Virus record (IMG/VR): IMGVR_UViG_3300042868_006575 | Location: 1-58,638 of that record | DNA length: 58,638 bases | Reading direction: 5' to 3' (one strand) | DNA from: a virus | Lineage: Duplodnaviria; Caudoviricetes | Shown: positions 9,044 to 19,062 of the stretch, one piece after another | How positions within the stretch are numbered: position 1 is the first letter of the stretch | Layout of the letters: every line of letters starts with the position of its first letter | The notes under the pieces: model-generated | What the model was told of the DNA's origin: nothing | Seen by the model: only the letters and a program-made list of their open reading frames with translations | Databases searched by the model: none | Position numbers and translations under genes: made by a program

Positions 9044-9047
9044 AAAG

Positions 9048-9170
9048 ATGGCAAAAGCAACAGCTAGTTCTGCAAAACTAACTTTTGGTAAAAGAAAAAC
9101 CGGAAGTGCTAAAAAATCTTATAATAAACACTCTCCAAGACCAAAAAAATACAGAGGCCAAGGTAGATAA
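9048..9170 (+). CDS. 40-aa basic peptide ending KKYRGQGR (not in ORF track)
   Basis: MAKATASSAKLTFGKRKTGSAKKSYNKHSPRPKKYRGQGR; YRGQG C-terminus recalled from small aquatic-phage proteins. Confidence 0.7.
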   Translation: MAKATASSAKLTFGKRKTGSAKKSYNKHSPRPKKYRGQGR

Positions 9171-9180
9171 AACTATAATT

Positions 9181-9324
9181 ATGAATAATAAAGCCGCAAA
9201 AAAATTAAGAAGATTATCTGTAGCTCTTGCTGTTGGATCTGGTAAAACATTGGAAGATGCTGAAAGAATTTATAAAAATTTGAAATCAGTACATAAAGCA
9301 AATAAAAAAGCCCCTAAAAAATAG
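9181..9324 (+). CDS. Small basic hypothetical protein
   Basis: ATG 9181 within track ORF 9085..9324; avoids overlap with 9048..9170. Confidence 0.55.
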   Translation: MNNKAAKKLRRLSVALAVGSGKTLEDAERIYKNLKSVHKANKKAPKK

Positions 9325-9335
9325 GGGCCAATTTA
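9310..9335. terminator. Hairpin between convergent genes
   Basis: GCCCCT-aaaaaat-AGGGGC. Confidence 0.55.
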
Positions 9336-9350
9336 TTTACTTTTTACAGA

Positions 9351-9614
9351 TTAAGCATTTGCAGCTGCATTAAGTTGAGCTACTGTAGCAGTAGTATAAT
9401 ACAAAACTGATCTTTGGTTTAATCCTGTAGGAAGAACTTCAACAATTGAGTTCATTGATACGCCATTAGCAGTTGTTGCTACTGGTACTGGGTAAGCTAA
9501 AAAGCTTTGAGCAGGGAATCCGTAAACGATACCAGAAGTTGCTGGAGTTCCGTTAGGGTTTACTAGATCATATTGATTTCTGCGATATGCGGTTACTGAT
9601 ACTATTTGTGCCAT
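9351..9614 (-). CDS. Putative virion decoration protein (paralog of 9649..9975)
   Basis: Shares NGTPAT-G, ANGV-MNS, GLNQ with neighbour; low-charge composition. Confidence 0.65.
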   Translation of the reverse strand: MAQIVSVTAYRRNQYDLVNPNGTPATSGIVYGFPAQSFLAYPVPVATTANGVSMNSIVEVLPTGLNQRSVLYYTTATVAQLNAAANA

Positions 9615-9648
9615 TTTATAATGTTTTTATTTGTTTTAAAATTTTTGA

Positions 9649-9975
9649 TTAAGCTGCTGTTGTAGTTGTGGTTGTTGGAGCTGCTGTAGTAGTAGTGGTA
9701 GTAGTAGTTTGAATACCACTTCCGTTAATTGCAGCAACTAATCCAGCTACTGTAGCATTTGAATAAAACTTTGTAGATGGTTGATTTAATCCATTAGGAT
9801 AGAAATCAATTACAGAGTTCATTTGAACGCCATTTGCTACAACAGCGCTTGCTGTAACTTGAATAGCGTTTGTTGGGAAAGAGAATAACACACCAGCTGT
9901 TGCCGGGGTACCATTTTGATTGAATAAATCATTTTGGTTTTGACGATAAACATAAACGGATACTTGATTTGCCAT
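9649..9975 (-). CDS. Putative virion decoration protein with C-terminal poly-Thr tail
   Basis: Ends TTTTTTTTAAPTTTTTTAA; paralog of 9351..9614. Confidence 0.7.
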   Translation of the reverse strand: MANQVSVYVYRQNQNDLFNQNGTPATAGVLFSFPTNAIQVTASAVVANGVQMNSVIDFYPNGLNQPSTKFYSNATVAGLVAAINGSGIQTTTTTTTTAAPTTTTTTAA

Positions 9976-10018
9976 TTTTTTTAATTTTTTTTTGTTAAAT
10001 ATTTTTATTTGGGCAATA

Positions 10019-10062
10019 CAAATATAATAAATTTTGTTAAATATATGAAATGATTAACTTTG
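10019..10062. promoter_or_regulatory. Divergent promoters (decoration genes / packaging operon)
   Basis: TATATTTG minus 10019-10026; TAACTTTG plus 10055-10062 with TTTG at 10033-10036. Confidence 0.65.
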
Positions 10063-10081
10063 AATTAAATTAATTAAACTA

Positions 10082-10750
10082 ATGAAATTAAAAGCACCTA
10101 AAAACAGGGTAATTGTTCAGATAGATTTAGAGAGCAAAAATACCCATACCTTCTCTGATGGTACTAAAATAAGACTTGAAAGACAGTATGACAACTTTAA
10201 TATGAGATATGTCAAACCTGTTAATGCCACTGTAATAGACGGAGCTGGTATACCGGAAGGTTCGGATATTTTAATACACCATAATGCTACGCATGACACA
10301 TACCGTATATTTAATTATAGGCCCCCCACCCTTGAAGCTTCCTCTGAGGTTAGGATATTTTCAATACCTCAAGAGGAATGTTTCTTGTGGAAGGAATGTG
10401 GAACTAATGAGTGGAAAACATTAAACAATTTTATTACTGGATTAAGAGTATTTCAACCGTATAAGGGGTTAATTCAGGGTATTGAGCATAGTGTAATAAA
10501 GAATAAGATATATGTTACAAGCGGTCATTTGGCCGGAAAAGTTTGTGATACTGTGAAATCTGCGGATTATCAAATTATTTTTCAAGGTGCTGATGGTCAA
10601 GAGGAAAGTATAATAAGATTAAGGCATTGGGAAAAAGAAGAAAATAGTAGAGAAGAAATAATAGCTATAGATCATATTTCTACTGATTTAGTAAAAAAGG
10701 GTGATTTATATGTTGGTATTGCAGTATCTGATGCTAGAAAATTAAATTAA
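10082..10750 (+). CDS. Conserved phage protein, possible divergent GroES-like fold
   Basis: MKLKAPKNRVIV start and GSDILIHHN resemble Cpn10 strands; upstream of terminase. Confidence 0.5.
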   Translation: MKLKAPKNRVIVQIDLESKNTHTFSDGTKIRLERQYDNFNMRYVKPVNATVIDGAGIPEGSDILIHHNATHDTYRIFNYRPPTLEASSEVRIFSIPQEECFLWKECGTNEWKTLNNFITGLRVFQPYKGLIQGIEHSVIKNKIYVTSGHLAGKVCDTVKSADYQIIFQGADGQEESIIRLRHWEKEENSREEIIAIDHISTDLVKKGDLYVGIAVSDARKLN

Positions 10751-10752
10751 TT

Positions 10753-11142
10753 ATGTCAGCAGAATTAGAACAAAAAATAAAGGAACTGGAAAAATCAAAT
10801 GCTTATTTAAGTGGAAAACTGGCTTATTATGAGCAGGATGGTGCAATTAAATTGTATTATAGTTTGCAAAGAAAGGCTAATGAAATGGCTGAATTGCTTA
10901 ATAGGATTAACCTATTAGATATTGAACTAATTGATCCGAAAGACAAATCGTTTGAAAGGCTGCAAAAACTTTGGTCCGAAGCTGGTACCATTACAGAGTC
11001 TATCAGGGCATTAGAAATATCTGCCGGCATAAATCAAGAGGGAAAAGAAGCTAAAAAAGATGCAATCGTAATAAATAAAAGACCTTTTTCACCAGAAAGT
11101 GTTGCTGATGAAATTGGTGAATTAGCAGGCAAACGCTCATAA
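10753..11142 (+). CDS. Probable terminase small subunit
   Basis: Helical 129-aa ORF 1 nt upstream of terL; assignment by position. Confidence 0.55.
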   Translation: MSAELEQKIKELEKSNAYLSGKLAYYEQDGAIKLYYSLQRKANEMAELLNRINLLDIELIDPKDKSFERLQKLWSEAGTITESIRALEISAGINQEGKEAKKDAIVINKRPFSPESVADEIGELAGKRS

Positions 11143-11143
11143 T

Positions 11144-13192
11144 ATGTACGAAAAAATAGAAAATGGTTCCACGATTCACATTCAGGGGTTAGACTGTAAT
11201 CTTCCGCCTGAAGGATATGTATTCAATATATTGACTAAACAGGTTGAGTTTAGAGGTGTTTATAAAAGGTCGGATGTTCAATCAGAGCAATATTGGAAAA
11301 GAATACCTCTACCCTCTTGGTATGCAGATACTATGAAAGAGTGGGATGAGTATGATAAAAAGAAAAAAGATGATGCTCCAGAGTTTTATAATGAAAAACT
11401 AGAGGAGTTTAAGAAGCAAGAATGGGATAGGAGATTGAATGGTTTTTGGTATATGAATAATGGGAAGCCGACCTATTTGACTGGCATGCACTATTTGTAT
11501 TTACAATGGTGGAGTATAGATATTGGTTATCCTAAATTCAGGATGCCAGACCTAGAGAAGTTCTATTTTATGGACTATTGCATACAGGATCCGCTTTGCA
11601 TGGGTATGCTTGAGGTTACGAAAAGACGTTTTGGTAAATCTTTTGTTGCTGGTTTATTTGTTACAGAATATACTACTAGAACCAAAATGACAAATGGTGG
11701 TATTCAATCTAAAACCGGTTCGGATGCTAAGAAGTTCTTTGCTAAGACGGTTGTGAATCCATTTAGGAGGCTTCCTAAGTTTTTTAGACCTGAATATGAT
11801 ATGTCTTTGGGGGTTAATCCAAAATCTGAAATGAGGTTCCAGAAAACTAACGTGAGGGGCAAGAAGGCGGAAGAAAACGTAGATAAAGACGAGCTTGGTT
11901 CTGTTATTGACCACCAGTCTGCTGATACGGTAGCTTATGATGGACAAAAATTACATAGGTATGTGGCGGATGAGTGCGGTAAAACAACTGAGGTAAACGT
12001 ATATGATAGACACGAGGTTGTGCGTTATTGCTTATTAGATGATGAAGGTAAAATAATTGGTAAAGCACTTTACACTACAACCGTAGAGAAACTTACATCT
12101 GAAAAGGATGGTGTTCAAGAAGCTTTTAAACTTCTTTGGGAAGAAAGCAATCAAGAGAAAAGACAGGAAAATGGGGCTACATCAAGCGGTTTGTATAGAT
12201 TTTTCATGTCTGCCAAAAGAACAAGAAACTTTGATGATTTTGGTTATCCGGACGAAGAAAAAACTTTATTACAGATTGAGGCTGACCGAGAAACAGTTAA
12301 AAACAACCCTAGAGCATTATCAGCCCGTATTAGAAAGGAGCCATTAACTATTGATGAAGCTTTTAGTACAGATGCGGATGGTTGCATATTTAACGTAATG
12401 AATATAGGCGCAAGAGAGGCCTATTTAAAAGAAAACCCGGTATTGAAAAGAAAGGTTGTTTTCTATAGAGATATTGATCAAAGTGTTAGATGGAGAGATG
12501 CAACCGACAGAGAGGAGGATTTTCACTGGAAAATAACCCAATTTCCACCAAAAGGAGAAGAAAATAAATATCAATATGATTTAAAGCTAAAAAAGCCGGG
12601 TAGGCATCATGACGGGGCTATAGCAATTGATGGATATAGTAATAGTCAGGGCGGTAAATTTGGTTCAAAAGCATCTGCTTGGATTGGCAGAAGGTATGAT
12701 ATGATGGATCCAAAAAACACGGGAAAGGCTATTGGGCACTTATATGGACGTCCGCAAATAAAAGAAATGCTACATGAGCAGGTTATGTTGGCTGCTGAGT
12801 ATTATGGCTATAAGGCTTGGTACGAGCATAACAGTGATGATTATTTATCTTATTTTAGAGAACGAGGTCGTGTTGGGTATCTTGGCTCCTATCCTATGAT
12901 TTCAATTGATCCATCTAAAAGGGAAAACGCTGAAAGGTACAAGGGGTTCCCTACAACTCCTTTTAGCCTTACAAAACAGGCTGATACGGGTATTATGTAT
13001 TTTGAGCATCATATTGATTCTATAGATTTTGAAAATTTATTAGAAGATGCAAAAAAGTTTGATCCAAATAACAGAACTGATTTTGACCAAACTGTATCAT
13101 TTTTAATGTTATTGGTTTGTTTAATGGAGCCAGTACAAAAGCAAGAAAAAAGAGAACCTTTGGTAAAAACTTATGTTCCTTCATTAAGTTAA
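11144..13192 (+). CDS. terL: Terminase large subunit
   Basis: KRRFGKS Walker A, YVADECGK Walker B, IAIDGY nuclease Asp, YLTGMHYLYLQW. Confidence 0.92.
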   Translation: MYEKIENGSTIHIQGLDCNLPPEGYVFNILTKQVEFRGVYKRSDVQSEQYWKRIPLPSWYADTMKEWDEYDKKKKDDAPEFYNEKLEEFKKQEWDRRLNGFWYMNNGKPTYLTGMHYLYLQWWSIDIGYPKFRMPDLEKFYFMDYCIQDPLCMGMLEVTKRRFGKSFVAGLFVTEYTTRTKMTNGGIQSKTGSDAKKFFAKTVVNPFRRLPKFFRPEYDMSLGVNPKSEMRFQKTNVRGKKAEENVDKDELGSVIDHQSADTVAYDGQKLHRYVADECGKTTEVNVYDRHEVVRYCLLDDEGKIIGKALYTTTVEKLTSEKDGVQEAFKLLWEESNQEKRQENGATSSGLYRFFMSAKRTRNFDDFGYPDEEKTLLQIEADRETVKNNPRALSARIRKEPLTIDEAFSTDADGCIFNVMNIGAREAYLKENPVLKRKVVFYRDIDQSVRWRDATDREEDFHWKITQFPPKGEENKYQYDLKLKKPGRHHDGAIAIDGYSNSQGGKFGSKASAWIGRRYDMMDPKNTGKAIGHLYGRPQIKEMLHEQVMLAAEYYGYKAWYEHNSDDYLSYFRERGRVGYLGSYPMISIDPSKRENAERYKGFPTTPFSLTKQADTGIMYFEHHIDSIDFENLLEDAKKFDPNNRTDFDQTVSFLMLLVCLMEPVQKQEKREPLVKTYVPSLS

Positions 13193-13226
13193 TTTTTTTT
13201 TTTACTTTTGTTTGTAGGATATTTAT

Positions 13227-13234
13227 TATATTTG
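13227..13234 (+). promoter_or_regulatory. Bacteroidota -7 promoter box
   Basis: TATATTTG upstream of portal gene. Confidence 0.55.
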
Positions 13235-13253
13235 ACAATAAAATAGGTTAAAA

Positions 13254-15650
13254 TTGGCCTCAAATCCATTAGACATAAATCCTTATAACGGCAGCGGACA
13301 GTCTTTGAAAGACTTTCAGTTGACTACAAACGTGCCTTCTAAATTAGATTTAGATTACGGTAGAAAAGTTGCCCAAAATATCTATGGTACTATTTATGGT
13401 AACCAGTCTTATTTTTGGATTAGAAATAATCGTTTTAGAAAAAATAGACAAATTGCAAACGGCAAGATAGATATGAGCGTATTTCTTGATCGTTTAGAAA
13501 TGAACGGTAAGAATAACTATGTAAATATTAACTGGAAATCTATTGTTATTGGCAATACAATTGTTTCAAGATTAGTTGGTTCTTGGATGAATCGCAGAGA
13601 AAAAATAAATGTAACTGCTGTAGATCCAACATCTGCTAATATTAAAAAAGAAATTGCTGATGAAGCTGAATTTGTTTATCAAAACAAAGAGATTTTATCT
13701 CAATTGCAACAAGAGTCTGGTATACCTGTAATTCCTCAAGATCAATTTATAGCAGAAGATAAAGAGGATTTAGATCTTTGGGTTTCTGAATTCAATCGTT
13801 TGCCTGAAGAAATTAAGTATAGCCTAGGTATTAATAATATATTTGACGCTAATGGATGGAACGCTGTTTTAAAGCACAGAATTCTTCATGATAGCGCAGA
13901 AGTTGGTTTAGTGTGTACATATACTTGGATGGATGATGAAGGTCAGATTCATGTAGATTGGATTAGACCAGAAAACGCAATTTATTCATATTCTGATTTT
14001 GCTGATTTTAGAGATACTACCTATAGAGGTCATATTTCATCAATGAAGATTAGCGAAGTAAGAGCCAGATATGGAAAAGCAGGCAACGGAAATTTATCAG
14101 AAGAAGAAATATTCAAGATAGCTCAGTTTTCAAAAGAGTATCAATTAACCGATAAGATTAAGTGGATGCAGGATTGGAACGTAGCTTATTTACGTCCTTA
14201 TGATGAGTGGAATATTGATTTGATGAATTTTGAAATTAGAACTTTAGATTCTGATGGTTATACTGTAACCAAAACAAAAAAGAATGGCAGCACTATTATA
14301 AGAAAAGGAAAGCCAGAAAAACTTGATGATAATCAAGAATATGTAGAAGAGAAGAAGTGGAATATATATAAAGGAGTTTATTGCCCTAACACAAAGACAA
14401 TGCTTGAGTGGGGTATTAAGAAAAACATGATTCGTCCGCAAGATCCAAAAGAAATGGGTGATGCGGAATTTTCTTATAGTTTCTACATGTATGATTTATA
14501 TGACATGAGAAACGTGGCTGTTCCAGAAAAAATTGAAGAGCCTATTGAACAAATGATTTTAGCTAGGTTGAAGATTCAGCAAATGGTATCAAAGATGGTG
14601 CCGGCAGGAGCTTCAATTGATGTTGATGCTTTGCAAGAATTAGATTTAGGTTTAGGTGATTCTGTAAAACCTTTAGATGTTCAAAAAATTTGGGAACAAA
14701 CTGGTAAATTATATTATCGTGGTAGAGATGCCGAAGGTAATCGTATCCCGGTTCCTATTAATGAATTGGCTAATACAGGGTTCGCGCCTCAGCTACAAGC
14801 TTTAATTCAATTATATCAATTCCATTATCAAGTTCTGAAAGATGAATTAGGTGAAGATCCTAATTTAATGAATCAGGCTGCACAACCAAGAGTCGCTGCT
14901 TCTAATATTGAAGCATCAAGACAATTGGCAAATAATGCAACAGACTACATGTATGATGCATATTTGTATGTAATGGAAGAAACTGGTAAAAAAGTAGCAT
15001 GTTTATTAAATAAAAGTGTTACTCATGGATCTAAAAAATATAGAGATATATTAAGACAAGAGGAAGTTAAGGATAGAAATTTCTTAGCTAAAGTTCAAAT
15101 GTTGCCAACTGATTTAGAAATAGTTAAATTAGAGGCAATGATGAATAATTCTATTACAGCAAATCCTCAATTAGTTTTATATCTTGATCCGTTTAAAATA
15201 ATGAGAGTTGCTAAGGAAAATGTAGAATTAGCTGAACTTTATTTTAGACAAGCTCAAAAGAAATATATAAAAACAGAGCAAGAAAAAGCTCAAACAAATA
15301 GTGAGCAAAATGCTCAAATACAGCAAGCTAGTATGCAGGCAAAAGCTCAGGGTGATGCCGCATTGCAGTCAGCTCAAACTCAATCAAGACAAAAAGAAAT
15401 TGTTTTACAGGGTTTATTTGATTTAGCAAAAGCTGGAATACCTGTTCCATCAGAATTACAGCAAGTTGTAAGCGGCGTTATTCAAAATTTTGATGTACCA
15501 TTAGAAATGGAAAATCAACAAATGATGCAAAGCATACAGCAGCAACAAATGGAACAAGAGCAACAAATGCAGCAAGAAGGACAAGCTCAACAACAAGAGC
15601 AGCCGCAGGAAGAAATGATTGAAGAACAAGAACAATTACAAACAGTATAA
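13254..15650 (+). CDS. Portal protein
   Basis: 798 aa after terL; long Q-rich C-terminal coil typical of P22/crAss-type portals. Confidence 0.85.
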   Translation: MASNPLDINPYNGSGQSLKDFQLTTNVPSKLDLDYGRKVAQNIYGTIYGNQSYFWIRNNRFRKNRQIANGKIDMSVFLDRLEMNGKNNYVNINWKSIVIGNTIVSRLVGSWMNRREKINVTAVDPTSANIKKEIADEAEFVYQNKEILSQLQQESGIPVIPQDQFIAEDKEDLDLWVSEFNRLPEEIKYSLGINNIFDANGWNAVLKHRILHDSAEVGLVCTYTWMDDEGQIHVDWIRPENAIYSYSDFADFRDTTYRGHISSMKISEVRARYGKAGNGNLSEEEIFKIAQFSKEYQLTDKIKWMQDWNVAYLRPYDEWNIDLMNFEIRTLDSDGYTVTKTKKNGSTIIRKGKPEKLDDNQEYVEEKKWNIYKGVYCPNTKTMLEWGIKKNMIRPQDPKEMGDAEFSYSFYMYDLYDMRNVAVPEKIEEPIEQMILARLKIQQMVSKMVPAGASIDVDALQELDLGLGDSVKPLDVQKIWEQTGKLYYRGRDAEGNRIPVPINELANTGFAPQLQALIQLYQFHYQVLKDELGEDPNLMNQAAQPRVAASNIEASRQLANNATDYMYDAYLYVMEETGKKVACLLNKSVTHGSKKYRDILRQEEVKDRNFLAKVQMLPTDLEIVKLEAMMNNSITANPQLVLYLDPFKIMRVAKENVELAELYFRQAQKKYIKTEQEKAQTNSEQNAQIQQASMQAKAQGDAALQSAQTQSRQKEIVLQGLFDLAKAGIPVPSELQQVVSGVIQNFDVPLEMENQQMMQSIQQQQMEQEQQMQQEGQAQQQEQPQEEMIEEQEQLQTV

Positions 15651-15660
15651 AATATAAAAA

Positions 15661-16047
15661 ATGGCAAATGCAACTAAAATATTAATTAGGCTTACTAAAT
15701 TTAGTTCAAAAATTAGTACAGTAGTAGATTGTACACAGGACTTTAATGCAAATAATAGTTATTATCAAGACATTTCTGGCTGGGATGTTGCGGTAGTTCA
15801 GTTGGTAAATCCGGGAACTACAGTACTGTTTAATACAACAAATGATGATGGTGCTATTACAGGTCAATTATTGCCTGCGCCTCAAGTTCCATTGTATTGG
15901 ACTCCGGTTTTAGGTGTTAATTTATCTACAAAAACCGATGTATCTTCATTGGCTGTAAGTGGTCTAGTTAGTTTTGGTATTGTTGGGAAGTATTTACAAT
16001 TAATTGCTTCTGGTTCAACTACCACAACAACAACTGCTGCACCATAA
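15661..16047 (+). CDS. Putative head decoration protein with C-terminal STTTTTTAAP
   Basis: Between portal and scaffold; beta-rich composition. Confidence 0.65.
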   Translation: MANATKILIRLTKFSSKISTVVDCTQDFNANNSYYQDISGWDVAVVQLVNPGTTVLFNTTNDDGAITGQLLPAPQVPLYWTPVLGVNLSTKTDVSSLAVSGLVSFGIVGKYLQLIASGSTTTTTTAAP

Positions 16048-16071
16048 TATAAATCAAAATAATTAAATAAA

Positions 16072-16338
16072 ATGGCAAATTCAGTAGCATACGTTTTATC
16101 GAAAAATACATATTCATCAGCAACAGAGGCTTATAACGTAGGTGTTGCTCAGGGTACACAAATAGTTTACACAACTACATATACCTTATCAAATTCTAAC
16201 ATCCTTTATGCTGATAGCAAATTAACGCTTCCAGTTTATGGAGATGGTTCTAGTTGGTATGGTATTCAACTTTTAACGAACGAAAGCGTTAAATATGCAA
16301 TAACAATTGATGCTGATAGCACAATAGTTATAGACTAA
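16072..16338 (+). CDS. Putative small virion protein
   Basis: 88-aa S/T/Y-rich ORF in head module. Confidence 0.65.
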   Translation: MANSVAYVLSKNTYSSATEAYNVGVAQGTQIVYTTTYTLSNSNILYADSKLTLPVYGDGSSWYGIQLLTNESVKYAITIDADSTIVID

Positions 16339-16360
16339 AATAGAAACCAAATAAGCATTT

Positions 16361-17527
16361 ATGCAAGAAACAAATAACATGCAAGCGCCAGTAGAACTTG
16401 CAGAAGGCTTCAATCCGTTTTCGGATGAACAACAAATCAAAAAGACAGAAGAAGCCCCTGTCAGCAATACAGCTGTTGAAAGTCCAGCAGCAAATGAATT
16501 TATTTCTACTGTAGATTTGACGGAAACAAGCACTCAAGCGGAAACGCAGTCATTTGATCCAGATTCTTTTATTAAAGAAAGATTTGGATTTGATACGGTT
16601 GATGAAGCAGAGCAAGAATTCATGAGATTAATTGAAGAAAGAGAGCAAAAGCCTCAATTTGATTTTTCTAATGATATTAGTAGAACTTTATTTGATGCAA
16701 TTAGAGAAGGAAAAACTGATGATGTTTATAATATTTTAAGTGAACAGAAAAGACTTGAAAAGTTAACTACTGCTGAAGTTACTCCTGATTTAGCTTATGA
16801 CATTATTAAAACTAATATTCAAAACAAATATCAAGATTTAACTCCAGAAGAAGTAGATCTTTTATTTTATGAATCTTATAGTTTTCCTCCTAGGCCTGAA
16901 CAAGGTTATGAAGAAACGGATGAAGATTATAAAGAAAAAGTTCAAAACTGGCAATCTCAAGTTGATTTCATCGAAAAAAGGATGATTATTGACGCTAAGG
17001 TAATTAGGCCGGAATTGAACAAATTAAAAAGTGATTTAGAATTACCTGATATCTATGGTTTGAAAGAGTATGAATCTGAGCTTCAATTTGAAAACGAAGT
17101 TTTGGAATATGCTAGATCAAACTATGAAACGGCTTTAGATTCTCAGTTTAATTCATTTGGAGGTTTTAATGTATCGGTAAAAGACGAGGAAGTCGAAATA
17201 CCAATATCATTTAACGTATCTGATGAAGAAAGATTGGTATTAAAACAAGAGTTATCAGATTTTGATGGCGAAGCTTATTTAGAAAACAGATGGTTTAACG
17301 AGGAAGGAAAGCCAAATGTAAAACAAATAATGGCCGACAAATATGTTCTTGAGAATTTACCTAGAATCTTACAAAAGGTAGCGAATGAAGCAGCATCTCA
17401 AAGATTGTTAGCTCATTTGAAAAAAACGGGTAATATTACCCTAAATCAACAAACGCCTCAAGGTGCGGTACAACAGAGTCCTAATGCAGACATGGATAGA
17501 CTTGCTGCATGGGCCTTTAGTTCGTAA
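16361..17527 (+). CDS. Probable capsid scaffolding protein
   Basis: Very acidic, helical, directly upstream of the capsid gene. Confidence 0.7.
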   Translation: MQETNNMQAPVELAEGFNPFSDEQQIKKTEEAPVSNTAVESPAANEFISTVDLTETSTQAETQSFDPDSFIKERFGFDTVDEAEQEFMRLIEEREQKPQFDFSNDISRTLFDAIREGKTDDVYNILSEQKRLEKLTTAEVTPDLAYDIIKTNIQNKYQDLTPEEVDLLFYESYSFPPRPEQGYEETDEDYKEKVQNWQSQVDFIEKRMIIDAKVIRPELNKLKSDLELPDIYGLKEYESELQFENEVLEYARSNYETALDSQFNSFGGFNVSVKDEEVEIPISFNVSDEERLVLKQELSDFDGEAYLENRWFNEEGKPNVKQIMADKYVLENLPRILQKVANEAASQRLLAHLKKTGNITLNQQTPQGAVQQSPNADMDRLAAWAFSS

Positions 17528-17573
17528 ATTGATTATTGCTTTGGCAAAGCATTAAAAACAAAATTTTAACAAA

Positions 17574-18983
17574 ATGGCTGGAATACCAACCTCAAACATT
17601 TTGCAACCGGGTGCAATCTCGTTGCAAACCCAAAATAGGCAACTTATGGTTGACCTACAATTATTAACTCCTCAGTACTACAAGCAATATACTGAGAAGT
17701 ATGGTAACGAAGATTTCACATGGTGGTTAGCTGCTCATGCTGGTATGGAAGAAGTAAAAAACCAAAACTTTTTCTGGTTTGAAAACAGAGGTAAATTAAT
17801 GCCTGCTGTAACAAACAACGGTACTGTAGCTGCATCTGTTGGTGCAACTGTTACCCTTACATTAGGTTCAGAAGCTTACTACAACAACGGTACTGAAACT
17901 CCTTTAAGAGTTAATGAAACTTTGCGTGTAGCTTCTTCTAACGTAGAAGGTGTTATCTTATCAATTGATAGCACAACTCCATACGCATGGACTTTCACTG
18001 TTCGTCCAAAAATTTCAACTCAGCGTTTTGCTTCTGCTGGTTCTACTAGCTTATTAGCAGGTGAGGTGTTATTATTTGGTGGTGATGTAGATGCTGGTGA
18101 AGCTTCTCAAGCAATCAATCCACTTATCCATTTGGACCAAAAGTATAACAACAATATCACAGAAATTCGTGATGGTTGGAGCAATACTGACTTAGCTCAA
18201 ATGGCTGAAACATACTATGAGTATCCAGTATCTGCTGATATGGCTGCTAATGGTGTGACTGCATTTACCTACAAAGGTATGTACAAAACACTTGTACGTT
18301 TCAAGAACAACGTAGAAGCAAAACTTATGCGTGGTAACATCCAAAACAACACAGGTTTATCTAACTCTGTTGGTGCTCAAGGTATTATCCCTAAAGTTGT
18401 TGCTGATGGTGAAACTGTAGGATACACTGCTGGTTCTTTAGACATCGCTAAACTTCATGAAATCACTCGTATCATGGATGTTAACGGTTGTGCTAAGCAA
18501 TCTGCATGGTTATCAGATATCTTCCAAAGACAAGACTTCTCTGATGGTATCTTCGCAGCTTACCCTGCTGGTGCTTTCGTTTACGGTCAAGGTGAAAAAT
18601 CAAAAGAGGCTTCTGTATCTTATGGATTCCAAGAAATCTTCATTGATGGTTATTTACTTTCTGTTAAGAAGTACTCTCAATTCAATACTGAAGTAACCAC
18701 TGGTTTAACTCCACAGGATGATTACTTCCGTAATTTTGGTTTAATCTATCCAATGGGTGAAACTAAGGATAGCCGTACTGCTCAAGCTTACAAGAATATC
18801 ACTATCATGTATCAAGAGCCGCCTAAAGGTGGAACTGTTGGTAATGGTATCCGCGTATGGCAATATGGTGGTGGTTCTCCAAACCCAACTGATGGAACAA
18901 TGACTAATCAAATCGCTATGTTGACTTACCGTTCAACTCGCGTTTGTGCAGCAAACCAATTCATCATTGTACAAGCTAACTAA
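17574..18983 (+). CDS. Major capsid protein
   Basis: 469 aa, strongly biased codons, position after scaffold, strong terminator after. Confidence 0.85.
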   Translation: MAGIPTSNILQPGAISLQTQNRQLMVDLQLLTPQYYKQYTEKYGNEDFTWWLAAHAGMEEVKNQNFFWFENRGKLMPAVTNNGTVAASVGATVTLTLGSEAYYNNGTETPLRVNETLRVASSNVEGVILSIDSTTPYAWTFTVRPKISTQRFASAGSTSLLAGEVLLFGGDVDAGEASQAINPLIHLDQKYNNNITEIRDGWSNTDLAQMAETYYEYPVSADMAANGVTAFTYKGMYKTLVRFKNNVEAKLMRGNIQNNTGLSNSVGAQGIIPKVVADGETVGYTAGSLDIAKLHEITRIMDVNGCAKQSAWLSDIFQRQDFSDGIFAAYPAGAFVYGQGEKSKEASVSYGFQEIFIDGYLLSVKKYSQFNTEVTTGLTPQDDYFRNFGLIYPMGETKDSRTAQAYKNITIMYQEPPKGGTVGNGIRVWQYGGGSPNPTDGTMTNQIAMLTYRSTRVCAANQFIIVQAN

Positions 18984-19004
18984 TTAGTTTATACTTAAAA
19001 TTCA

Positions 19005-19042
19005 GGGTAGCGGCAACTTTATTGATTGTCGCTACCTATTTT
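19005..19042 (+). terminator. Intrinsic terminator after capsid gene
   Basis: GGGTAGCGGCAA / TTGTCGCTACCT stem then ATTTT. Confidence 0.75.
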
Positions 19043-19062
19043 AAACATTTTAAAACCATTTT

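Noticed and set aside
9085-9180. N-terminal extension of track ORF 9085..9324
   Set aside because: Overlaps the better-supported 9048..9170 peptide; ATG 9181 preferred.
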